Below are positions 55,681 to 64,000 of a stretch of 64,000 nucleotides of DNA, piece by piece (position 1 is the first letter of the stretch; each line of letters begins with the position of its first letter). The stretch covers positions 36,815 to 100,814 of the forward strand of contig CALGIJ010000021.1 in NCBI GenBank assembly GCA_937915545.1. Direction: 5' to 3'. The DNA is from an uncultured Desulfobacterales bacterium. Lineage in GTDB: Bacteria > Desulfobacterota > Desulfobulbia > Desulfobulbales > Desulfocapsaceae. A program made the position numbers and the translations under genes. The notes under the pieces were generated by a model. The model did not search any database. It was not told the origin of the DNA and worked only from the letters and a program-made list of their open reading frames with translations.

Positions 55681-58600
55681 GAAGGATTCTCCTGCTCAAG
55701 GATGTTCAAGATGGCCTCGTAATCGAAGCGCTCCGCGAGAAAGAGCAGATCGCGGGCGGCGGATTCGTTGTACTGCTGCATCTCACGCAGGGCCTCGACG
55801 AGTTTCTCGATATCCGCGGAAATGGTCGCGGACATCATTCTCTGGCGCAGTTCGTCGGGAATGAGCAGCAGCGAGGCGTCGTAGGGCTCCGCTGGGCGCG
55901 CTTCTCCCTCCTGGCGTCTCGGCAGCGGGGACTGATAGTCGTACTCGGCCCCGAGATGCTTGCGAATGAGCATGAAGAGACTGTTCAGCTTGATTGGCTT
56001 GGTGACGAACTCATTGAAGCCTTTCTGGCTGATCATCTCCTCCTCATGCTTGAAGGCGCTGGCCGTCACCGCGATCAGCGGCACCTCCTCGCCCCCGGGA
56101 AGGGCCCTGATCTCCCTGGCCGCCTCGATACCGCCAAGCACCGGCATGCGGATATCCATGAAGACGAGATGGGGCCTGCGTTCGCCGAACAGCCGCACCG
56201 CCTCGGCGCCGTTTTCGGCCTCGAGGAGTTCAAACCCGGGCTTATCGAGGGCCTCGCGCAGCAGCTGGCGGTTGACGGCATCGTCGTCGACGACGAGGAT
56301 GCGGTATGGTCCGCAGCCCGGCCGCAGGGCCTTGACCTCGCCCATCTCCTCGCCCACCCAGGCCTCAGCCTCCTCGACCTCATCGACGATGATGGCGAAG
56401 CGGAAACAGCTGCCCAGGCCCTCAACGCTGGTGGCGGTGATATCACCACCCATCATGCGGGCGAACTCGCGGCTGATGATCAGCCCCAGGCCGGTTCCCT
56501 CCTGGGAGCGGATACCCGCCGCCGCCTGCTGGAATTGCTTGAAGAGCTTGCCCATATCCTCTGGCGAGATGCCCTCGCCGCTATCCTCCACCTCGCCGCA
56601 GAGCCGTATCCGCCCGCTCTCCCTGAGCGCGTCGACGCGCAGGACAATGCCCCCCTGGTGGGTGAACTTGACGGCATTGCCGAGAAGATTGATAAGAATC
56701 TGCCCCAGTTTGCCGGCATCGCTGCGGATGAGTCGCGGCGTCGCCGGGGAAATCGACAAGCTGAAGCGGAGTCCCTTCTGGCCGGCGCGCTCGCAGAATA
56801 TGGCCTCCATATCCTCGAGCAGGGCATAGAGATCGAATACCACCGGCTTGAAGGTCATCCGGCCGGCCTCGATCTTGGAAATCTCCAGGATATCGTTGAT
56901 GATGTTCAGCAGGTGTTCGCCGCTGCGACTGATGGTGTTGATCTGCCGGCGCTGTTTTTCATTGAGACCTGCATCTGACTGAAGAATCTGCGAAAAGCCG
57001 AGGATGGCATTCATCGGTGTGCGGATCTCGTGGGACATGTTGGCGAGGAAGACGCTTTTTGCCTGATTGGCCGAGACGGCCTCTTCCTGGGCCCGCTTGC
57101 GCTCCTCGATTTCCAGGTTGAGGGCCGCGGTGCGCTCGCCGACGAGCTTTTCGAGATGTTCCTGGTAGGTCTTCAGCTCCCCGTAAAGGCGGGCGTTCTC
57201 GATGGAGATAGCCGCCTGGGAGGCGAGAATGGTCAGCAGCTCCACCATCTGGTCGGTAAAGGCCCCCGGGGACAGGTTGTTTTCCAGGTAGAGAATGCCG
57301 GTCAGCGTCGCCTTGTTCATGATCGGCATGCACAGGATGGAGCGCGGCCTGGTGCGCCGCACATAGTCATCCTGGGTGAAGTTGCCCTGGTGCGCCGCAT
57401 CGGCCAGGACCAGGGTCTTCAAGGTCCTCTCGACATAGCGGACGACCGCAGCACAGAGCTGCTCGCTGCCCTCGAGCTCCACCGACCGTATCTCGGGCTC
57501 CTCCCTGGACTCGATGGACCCCTGGGCCTCGATGCGCAAGCGCCCCTTGTGGTTGAGGATGAGGAAGCCGCGCTGCGCGCCGGCATTCTCCATGATGATC
57601 TTGATCATCTCGGCGAGCAACCTGTCGAGGCGGATCTCCCGGGATATGGCCCCGGCTGCCTTGACGACCGAATTGAGGTCAAAGCGGGCCGTCGCCGTCG
57701 ACGACAGCGTATCGACCGTTTCCTCCGCGACAGACGGCTCGCCCCGGCCGGTGCGTCGGACGAGCAGCTCTCCATATATCCCATCGAGCTGCGCCACCTT
57801 GCCGGCGGCTCCCCAGCGCTTATAGAGATAGCGGGCCTCACGCAGGTAGGTGGCGGCCTCAACCGATTTGCGCGTAGAGAGGAGAAAACGTCCCGCCAGT
57901 TCGTTGGCGAGGGCTTCTTCATGGAGGAACTGCTCTTTCCCCGCCAGGGCGATAGCCCGGTCGTAACACTCCCGGGCGGTGACGAGGTCCCCGAGAACCC
58001 GACTGCGTTCCGCCTCGACGAGGAAGATCTTATGCTCGTTGTTCATCGGAGCATGTTTGCTCCAGGCTTTCAGCACCTTCTGGTTGCGGTCGACGCGCTT
58101 CAGGGCGAGGCGGATCTCGCCTCTCGTCCTGCCGCCGGTGTCGGCGAGCTGCACCAGGGAATCCAAGAAATGGTAATAGCCGGTGACGACCTGACCGGGC
58201 TGCCCCTCTCGGTACTTCTCGAGCCGGGTGGCATGCTCACGCGCCTCTTCGTGCCGACCGAAGAGCAGGCAGAGCATGGCCCGGGTGAGATGAAAATCGA
58301 AGAGGAAGGAGATGTCGCCGCGACGCTGGAACAGCTTCAACACCTCATCCTCCTCCATGAACTCGCCCTGCAGGCGCCAGGGGTCCTCGCTCCGCCCCTG
58401 CAGACTGCGGATGCACTGCAGGCGCATGCGCAAGATATACACCGCCTTCTCGTGCTTGATCCTGACCAGCGTGGGAAGATGCTCCGTCAGGGTCGTTTCG
58501 ATCTCGGCCAATTCCACCCCGGCGAGGAACATCGCCTTTTGCAGGATGGTGATGGCGAGACCGCTATACAACAGGTCGCCGTTTTCCATACCTGACCGAA

Positions 58601-61583
58601 AGGCACGGTGACAGAGCTTGAACGTGCTGCGCAGATGCCCGATGCGATGCAGGTAGAAGGAGGCGTAGGAAAAATGGATCACCGCATCGCTTTGCCGGGC
58701 GTCGGCACGCTTGGTGAGCAGATCCCCCACCAGCCGCATCAGCTCGCTGCCACGCTCCACCTTGTTCATCACGCCAAGGAGGAACACCGCCCCGTAGACA
58801 CCCCAGAGGATCCTGCTCGCCGGACAGGAGACCCGATGGCGGGCCAGCAAGGCGACCATCTTGAAGTCGAGGATGGCGAGGACCTGCGGGGCGATGGCAT
58901 AGACCGGGGCCACCAGGCTGTCGGCAAGACGCAGCAACGCTTCCAGCCAGGGATCGCGCACCTCGGGGAAGGCCGCGATCTCCTCGGGGCTCAAGCCCCG
59001 TGCCATGAACTGCACCTGCATGAAGGCCATCATGACATGGATCTTTTTCGGCTGGCGAGGAATGTTGACGCCAAGATCGGCCAGGACGCGCAAGCCCATG
59101 TCGAGGGCCTCCAGGTTCTTGGCCGCATTGCCGAGCGCCCTGATCTTGGTGATGTAAAACGACACCTTGTCGACGATGGTACGGGCTTTGGCGAGGATCA
59201 CCTCGCCAAAGCCTTCCATGGTCGTGTAATCGCTCATCAGATACGCCGCTTCGGCGGCCTGGTCATGGATGGCGAGGGTGAAGTCGTACTCGCTTTCCCA
59301 TGCATCTTGCGGCAGGAGCTCGATGCCGATGGCGAGAAACTGCCAGGCGGAGGTATAGGCCGCCGACGCTTTGGCCTTGCCACCGGCCTGGTAATTGAGT
59401 CTGGCCAAGTGCGCCCGCTCCCCTGTTTCGGACAGCAGGCGCCGGCCCTTGTTGAGCTGATCGACAATGACGAACAGGTTTTCGTCACGTTTTTCCTCGC
59501 CACAGGCGGCCAGAAGGAGTCGCCCCGCCCGCAGATGCTGCGCCTCACGCTCATCGGGGGCAATCATGTTATAGGCGCCCTGCTGGATGCGGTCATGGGA
59601 GAATGCGAAACGGGACCTGGTCTGCTGGACGATAAAGCCTTCCTGAAGGGCCGCGCGCAGGTCGAGAAGGAGTTCCTCCTGCGGTCTCTCGCTGACCATG
59701 GCCAGCTTCTCGAGGTCGAAGACATTGCCCAGCATCGCCGCATAGCCAAGTAGCTGCCGCGTCTGATCGGGCAGCCTGCCGAGATTGTCGATGACCAGCT
59801 CGACGACATTGTCCGTAAAACCCTTGGCGGCTATCGCCGCGAGGTCCCATTGCCAGGAAAGCGTGTCGACGGCGAAGGCCAGCAGCCTTTCCTTATGCAG
59901 AGTTTTGAGAAACTCGCCGACGAAGAAAGGGTTGCCCCTGGTCTTCTGTTCGATGAGGTGACAGAGCGGCCTGATTGCGACGAGCGGGCAGTGGACCATG
60001 TCGGCGACCATGTCCTCGATATGGCTGGGATCGAGGGGGCCAAGGTCGAGAACGTTCTTCTGCTCGTCGGGGATACGCTGCAGCAGGCCGATGAAAGGGT
60101 GGCCCGCGTCCACCTCGTTGTCACGGTAGGCGCAGATGATCAGCAGTGCGCCGTCGTCGAGGCTCATCATCGTGGCGATCAGCTCGAGGGATGGCTGGTC
60201 GACCCACTGCAGGTCGTCGAGAAAGATCACCAGGGGGTGTTCGCGTCTGCAAAAAAGGGCGATGAAATCGTAGAAGACGAGGCGAAAGCGGTTCTGGGCC
60301 GCGTCGGGCGAGAGATCGGCCACCGGCGGCTGGGGGCCGATGATCAGCTCCAGGTCGGGGATGAGCTCGACCATCATCCCGCTGTTGGGGCCCAATGCCG
60401 CGACGATCCTCTCGCACCACTGCTCGAGTTTGGCCCGCGGTTCGGCGAGCAGCTGGTTGACCAGCTCCTGCAAGGCGCCGATAATCGCCGAATAGGGGAT
60501 GCTGCGCACGAACTGGTCGAATTTCGAGGAGATGAAATAGCCGTGTCGGGCGATGACCAGATTGTGCATCTCGCGGACCAGCGAGGTCTTGCCGATGCCC
60601 GGGCCGCCGCGCACGAGCAGCATCTCTCTTCTGCCGCCGCAGATTCCCTCAAGCAACGACTGCAACCGTGCCAGCTCGGCATCGCGTCCATAGAGCCTGG
60701 TCGGCAGGACAAACCTCTCCGAGACGTCCTGGCTGGCGATGGCAAAGGGTTCGATGGCATTGTCGCCGCTGAGCGTGGCCAGACAGCGCCTGAGGTCGGC
60801 ACTGATGCCGATGGCGCTCTGATAGCGGCCATCGGCGTTCTTGGCAAGCAGCTTCAACACCATAGCGGAGAGCACGGCGGGAATGCGCCGGTCGATGACC
60901 TGCGGTGGAACCGGGCTGCGCGCGATATGATCGTAAATGAGCTGCTGCTGGTCGTCGCTCTCGAACGGCCGCCGACGGGTGAGCATTTCATAAAAGATCA
61001 CCCCGAGGGAGTAGAGGTCGGAGCGCCAATCGACACGGCGGCTCATGCGGCCGCTCTGCTCCGGCGCCATGTAGCCCAGGGTCCCTTCGATCCTGTCGCC
61101 CGTGTCGACATTCGCCGGCTGCCCGTCGTCGGATACGGCAAGGCCGAAATCGATGATTCTCAGCTCGCCGCTGCGCTGATTGTAGACGATATTCGCCGGG
61201 TTGATGTCGCGGTGAACGATCCCGGCGGCATGAATATCGTGCAAGGCGCCGCAGATCTTGATACCCAGTTGGAGAACTTCGCGGAGGGCGAGTTTTTTGC
61301 TGCCGAGAAGCGCTTTCAGCGAAGTGCCGCCAAAGTCGTGAAGGACGAGAAAGAGCGAAGAACCGCGCCTGGCGAGCTCACGGGCCCTGACCACTCCCTC
61401 GGAATCGAGGGCCGTGATGGTTTCGTATTCCTGACGAAGCTTGCGAATGATGGCGTCGCCGGGGTGTTCCTCGCGCGGCGCCTTGACGATCACCGGCACG
61501 CCATCTTCGCTTACCGCCCGGTAGACGATATGCTCGGCCCCTTCATGAAGAACGGAAAAATCGGAATAGCCAGCTACATTCAT
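55677..61583 (-). CDS. Giant multidomain sensor: Ser/Thr protein kinase + AAA_16/STAND NTPase + long helical/TPR-like region + GAF + HisKA + HATPase_c + REC
   Basis: HRDINPANIVY...DFGLA...GTLGYMAPEQ. P-loop VRGGPGIGKTSL. GAF. SHEIRTPMNAILGF. GTGLGLIISREF. RILVVDDDAVN...VFMDIRMPVLGG...VTKPI. ATG 61583 has an AAGGA SD; the ORF extends to 61706. Confidence 0.9.
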   Translation of the reverse strand: MNVAGYSDFSVLHEGAEHIVYRAVSEDGVPVIVKAPREEHPGDAIIRKLRQEYETITALDSEGVVRARELARRGSSLFLVLHDFGGTSLKALLGSKKLALREVLQLGIKICGALHDIHAAGIVHRDINPANIVYNQRSGELRIIDFGLAVSDDGQPANVDTGDRIEGTLGYMAPEQSGRMSRRVDWRSDLYSLGVIFYEMLTRRRPFESDDQQQLIYDHIARSPVPPQVIDRRIPAVLSAMVLKLLAKNADGRYQSAIGISADLRRCLATLSGDNAIEPFAIASQDVSERFVLPTRLYGRDAELARLQSLLEGICGGRREMLLVRGGPGIGKTSLVREMHNLVIARHGYFISSKFDQFVRSIPYSAIIGALQELVNQLLAEPRAKLEQWCERIVAALGPNSGMMVELIPDLELIIGPQPPVADLSPDAAQNRFRLVFYDFIALFCRREHPLVIFLDDLQWVDQPSLELIATMMSLDDGALLIICAYRDNEVDAGHPFIGLLQRIPDEQKNVLDLGPLDPSHIEDMVADMVHCPLVAIRPLCHLIEQKTRGNPFFVGEFLKTLHKERLLAFAVDTLSWQWDLAAIAAKGFTDNVVELVIDNLGRLPDQTRQLLGYAAMLGNVFDLEKLAMVSERPQEELLLDLRAALQEGFIVQQTRSRFAFSHDRIQQGAYNMIAPDEREAQHLRAGRLLLAACGEEKRDENLFVIVDQLNKGRRLLSETGERAHLARLNYQAGGKAKASAAYTSAWQFLAIGIELLPQDAWESEYDFTLAIHDQAAEAAYLMSDYTTMEGFGEVILAKARTIVDKVSFYITKIRALGNAAKNLEALDMGLRVLADLGVNIPRQPKKIHVMMAFMQVQFMARGLSPEEIAAFPEVRDPWLEALLRLADSLVAPVYAIAPQVLAILDFKMVALLARHRVSCPASRILWGVYGAVFLLGVMNKVERGSELMRLVGDLLTKRADARQSDAVIHFSYASFYLHRIGHLRSTFKLCHRAFRSGMENGDLLYSGLAITILQKAMFLAGVELAEIETTLTEHLPTLVRIKHEKAVYILRMRLQCIRSLQGRSEDPWRLQGEFMEEDEVLKLFQRRGDISFLFDFHLTRAMLCLLFGRHEEAREHATRLEKYREGQPGQVVTGYYHFLDSLVQLADTGGRTRGEIRLALKRVDRNQKVLKAWSKHAPMNNEHKIFLVEAERSRVLGDLVTARECYDRAIALAGKEQFLHEEALANELAGRFLLSTRKSVEAATYLREARYLYKRWGAAGKVAQLDGIYGELLVRRTGRGEPSVAEETVDTLSSTATARFDLNSVVKAAGAISREIRLDRLLAEMIKIIMENAGAQRGFLILNHKGRLRIEAQGSIESREEPEIRSVELEGSEQLCAAVVRYVERTLKTLVLADAAHQGNFTQDDYVRRTRPRSILCMPIMNKATLTGILYLENNLSPGAFTDQMVELLTILASQAAISIENARLYGELKTYQEHLEKLVGERTAALNLEIEERKRAQEEAVSANQAKSVFLANMSHEIRTPMNAILGFSQILQSDAGLNEKQRRQINTISRSGEHLLNIINDILEISKIEAGRMTFKPVVFDLYALLEDMEAIFCERAGQKGLRFSLSISPATPRLIRSDAGKLGQILINLLGNAVKFTHQGGIVLRVDALRESGRIRLCGEVEDSGEGISPEDMGKLFKQFQQAAAGIRSQEGTGLGLIISREFARMMGGDITATSVEGLGSCFRFAIIVDEVEEAEAWVGEEMGEVKALRPGCGPYRILVVDDDAVNRQLLREALDKPGFELLEAENGAEAVRLFGERRPHLVFMDIRMPVLGGIEAAREIRALPGGEEVPLIAVTASAFKHEEEMISQKGFNEFVTKPIKLNSLFMLIRKHLGAEYDYQSPLPRRQEGEARPAEPYDASLLLIPDELRQRMMSATISADIEKLVEALREMQQYNESAARDLLFLAERFDYEAILNILEQENPS

Positions 61584-62745
61584 CCGACACGATCCTTTGC
61601 GGCCACAGAAACATCGCCGCCGTTTCCATTTCAACCGAGTTTCCGCACTATCAGTCAGACAGGGCGACCGGCGCCTCGCTGCGAACGAGAAAAGACTCGT
61701 CCCCAACGCGGCTCCCCGTTTTCACTCTCGCAGCCTTTCTCAGGGCAAGGTGCAAAAAGACCTCGCTTCCCCTGAAGATCATGCTTGCGGCAGGATGCCC
61801 TTCTTAGCTTTTTGCTCCATCAATGCGTTGCACGAAGCGAGCTTACTCCAGGCATGACAGGCGATGGTCGCCACGGGGACGGTATCTGACGAAAGCCGTT
61901 CCCGCCTCCCGTCCTGCCCGGCAATCCCCCTGAGGGAACGGGTTCTGCCGGCTGGCACTGGTCATGGGGGAGCCAGTCCTGTCACCTCTTCCAGCGCCAC
62001 TTCTTCTTGCCATCACGCAGTGCTGCAGGCACCGCCACCCTTGAACAGAAGCAACGGCCCCCTCCCGTCGGTGCGGTAAGAGCACGAATGCGATGCGAAA
62101 TCCGCCCGCACTTTCGAACCACCTGACATGGAGGGTGAAGCGATACCATGAATCACACCACGAACACCGCTACGGTACGCAACGGACATGAACAGAAGCG
62201 GTTTTGCGGGAGGCGCGACACATCCTCTCCCAAAGGCCCGTGGTATTGAACTCAATTGGTATGCTGCATGGGATAGGAAAATGCTATCAGCAATTTTTTG
62301 AGAGAGCAAGTTTTTCCTCGCCATATTTTCATCGCAGTATTTTTTTCTCCCCACAATGTGCTCCATCTTTACCTGAGGTGGACTGGGTCCACGTCCCTGA
62401 TGGTCACACCATTCACCACCAGCGGCCCCATATCCCCGATGCACGGGGCATCTCAGGCAGTCCTGGCAGCGCGGGAAGTGCGCCATTGTGGCGCACGGGA
62501 GAAGGCCGGCATCGCCGCCTGGAGGGGGTATTGACCCACGCCACCCCGCCAGCGCCCACGGCAAGGCCCTGGCGCAGAGGAAGAGATGGCGGATCGCAAG
62601 GTATGTCAGGGTGGGAGTCCTGGCCATGGACGGAAAAGCGCGGCCCTGTCCATGGCCAGAGGAGGTCGATCTTGTGGCTGTGATGAGAGGCAGGCAGCGA
62701 CCGGGCAAAAATCGCCGGAGCGGGGATCGGCCTGTCAGCGGGAAC

Positions 62746-63237
62746 TCATTCCATATGGCGCTCGATGCGCTTTCTGAGGTGGGCGGAGATGTCCTCGTCG
62801 CGGTAGCTGATCACCGTCACCGGGCAGCGCTGGAAGACGCGCTCGGCCACCGAGCCGGTGAACAGGGTGCGGATATCGCGGTTCTTGACCCCCATGACCA
62901 CCGCGTCGAAGTTCTCCTTGACCACCAGCTGCAGCAATTTTTCGGCCGGGTTGCCGACCTCGAAGTGGAAGTCGACCGCCTCCTCGTCGAGGCCGACCCG
63001 GGCGAGCAGCTTGCTCAGTTCATCGCGCCGCTCCTGGATGAGCGTCTGCAGATAGTGTTCGGTATCTACCTTGTAGCCGAAAGCGGTGATCTTGCGCACC
63101 GCTTCGAGATCGCGCTCGTTGATGACATTGACCACTGCCAGCTGCGCCCCAAAGGCCTTGGCCAGATCGGCGGCAAAGCGCAGGATGCCTTCGGCGTAGG
63201 GGGAAAAGGCCAGCGGGGCGAGAATCTTCTTGATCAT
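62746..63237 (-). CDS. Universal stress protein (UspA family)
   Basis: MIKKILAPLAFSPYAEG...VVMGVKNRDIRTLFTGSVAERVFQRCPVTV is the Usp ATP-binding-type C-terminal motif. Confidence 0.9.
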   Translation of the reverse strand: MIKKILAPLAFSPYAEGILRFAADLAKAFGAQLAVVNVINERDLEAVRKITAFGYKVDTEHYLQTLIQERRDELSKLLARVGLDEEAVDFHFEVGNPAEKLLQLVVKENFDAVVMGVKNRDIRTLFTGSVAERVFQRCPVTVISYRDEDISAHLRKRIERHME

Positions 63238-63267
63238 GGCGTCGTCTCCTGCATAGGGTTGAGATGC

Positions 63268-64000
63268 TCAGCCGACGGTGCCCAGGGCCGGGCCTGACTG
63301 ACGTTTTCCGTTACCGTTGCAGCGCCTTTTCTGGGCAAGCCATACCAGGGCGAGCAACACCAGGGCGGGGATGAACATCCACTGTTTGGGCGGCCGGTCG
63401 GTCAGGGTCTGAAAGTTGACGACCTCTTGATCCCAGTCGATACCCGCCTTCTGCGCCGGGCTGTTAAAGACGACGTTGTCGATGAGCACACGGCCGTCCT
63501 CGCTGCGCGTGGCGAAACCGATGTTTTGCAGCCGCTCCGCCACCGGCGCCTGATCCCCGGCAGCCAGCGAAACCACCATGGTGAACTCTTCGCCGTTCAT
63601 CTTCTCGCCCTTGAGGGTCAGCCGCAGCTGCCGGCCCGAGGGCAGGTCGGCGAGGAACTGTTCGAGTTCGGTGGCTGGCCTGGTCTCCAGTTCCGGGTAG
63701 ATCATGTCCCAGAAGAAGCCAGGGCGGAACATGGTGAAGGCGACCAGCAGCAGAAGCGCGCTCTCCCAGAGCTTGTTGCGGGTCAGCATATAGCCCTGGG
63801 TGGCGGACGCAAACACCATGATGGCGATGAAGGCCCCTGCCACCACCACCATAAAATGCAGCGGGGAGCCGATACCGATCATCAGCAGTTCGGTGTTGTA
63901 GATGAAGACGAAGGGCAGGATGCCGGTACGGATATCGTACATGAAGCCCTGGATGCCGGTGCGGATCGGGTCGCCGCCGGAGATGCCGGCGGCGGCGAAG
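63268..64000 (-). CDS. TRAP-transporter fused permease, C-terminal part (includes a DUF3394-like tail); the 5' end lies outside the window
   Basis: The frame stays open to the window edge (FAAAGISGGDPIRTGIQGFMYDIRTGILPFVFIYNTELL...). TM helices are followed by a soluble tail and a final TM (WMFIPALVLLALVWL). Confidence 0.7.
   Translation of the reverse strand, partial: FAAAGISGGDPIRTGIQGFMYDIRTGILPFVFIYNTELLMIGIGSPLHFMVVVAGAFIAIMVFASATQGYMLTRNKLWESALLLLVAFTMFRPGFFWDMIYPELETRPATELEQFLADLPSGRQLRLTLKGEKMNGEEFTMVVSLAAGDQAPVAERLQNIGFATRSEDGRVLIDNVVFNSPAQKAGIDWDQEVVNFQTLTDRPPKQWMFIPALVLLALVWLAQKRRCNGNGKRQSGPALGTVG

Noticed and set aside
59850-61775. 641-aa plus-strand ORF (and 57030-58595, 58608-59753, 55956-56978) opposite the giant kinase gene.
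   Set aside because: Same reason: low-complexity G/D/L/R-rich translation, no start context, and the minus-strand frame encodes contiguous kinase/STAND/GAF/HK domains.
61889-62205. Possible RNase P RNA (rnpB), based on a 14-nt identity to GGUGCGGUAAGAGC and ACAGAA-type blocks in the right order.
   Set aside because: The universally conserved CR-I sequence GAGGAAAGUCCGGGC is not present; only GACGAAAGCCG and GGAGCCAGTCC approximations occur. Inter-motif spacing is off, and I could not draw P1-P4 convincingly. A single 14-mer match in 128 kb of two-strand sequence is not decisive. It is kept as a low-confidence finding, not a feature.
62013-62708. 231-aa minus-strand ORF filling the 61.7-62.7 kb spacer.
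   Set aside because: The translation is Arg/Gly/Cys/Pro-rich with no motif, there is no SD, and it crosses an AT-rich patch and several perfect hairpins. It is more likely non-coding.
1-64000. A search for CRISPR arrays, tRNA/rRNA genes, transposases, integrases, toxin-antitoxin pairs or phage genes.
   Set aside because: I saw no regularly spaced direct repeats, no T-loop/acceptor-stem tRNA candidates in the intergenic regions and no recombinase-like ORFs. The only compositional islands (33.0-33.9 kb, 42.1-44.4 kb, 62.2-62.4 kb) lack mobility genes.

Overview
GC-rich chromosomal segment (over 60% G+C by eye). The domain repertoire reads like a Desulfuromonadales/Geobacter-type deltaproteobacterium; that assignment is inference only. 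Three themes stand out. (1) Positions 1-38.3 kb and 54.5-61.6 kb are packed with signal transduction genes: 9 histidine kinases (most are PAS/GAF hybrid kinases sharing the H-box [21 protein letters not shown]), 3 methyl-accepting chemotaxis proteins, a sigma-54 enhancer-binding regulator, a LuxR-type regulator, a CheY, a degenerate pseudo-receiver, an EAL-HDOD protein, a PilZ protein and a 2000-aa Ser/Thr-kinase/STAND/GAF/HK/REC protein. Many of these genes are joined by ATGA/GTGA start-stop overlaps. (2) Positions 32.6-52 kb form a metal (probably Ni/Co) island. It holds a DUF4198/CbiM/CbiQ/tandem-CbiO uptake operon, an FmdE-like gene leading a TonB2-type (DUF3450, large ExbB-like, ExbB, ExbD, TonB, TPR) cluster with no outer-membrane receptor in view, and two paralogous proteins of about 40% histidine that bracket the island on opposite strands. 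(3) Odd accessory pieces: a lower-GC PEP-CTERM protein with thioester-domain-like Cys/Gln motifs behind a textbook sigma-54 promoter; a Cys/His motif of unknown function present both as a free 83-aa ORF and as a C-terminal domain; a decayed gene zone at 52.1-53.2 kb; and a 1-kb gene-less, hairpin-rich spacer at 61.7-62.7 kb. I recognised no rRNA, tRNA, CRISPR array, transposase or integrase. All calls rest on reading the translated ORFs and the DNA by eye; no searches were run.
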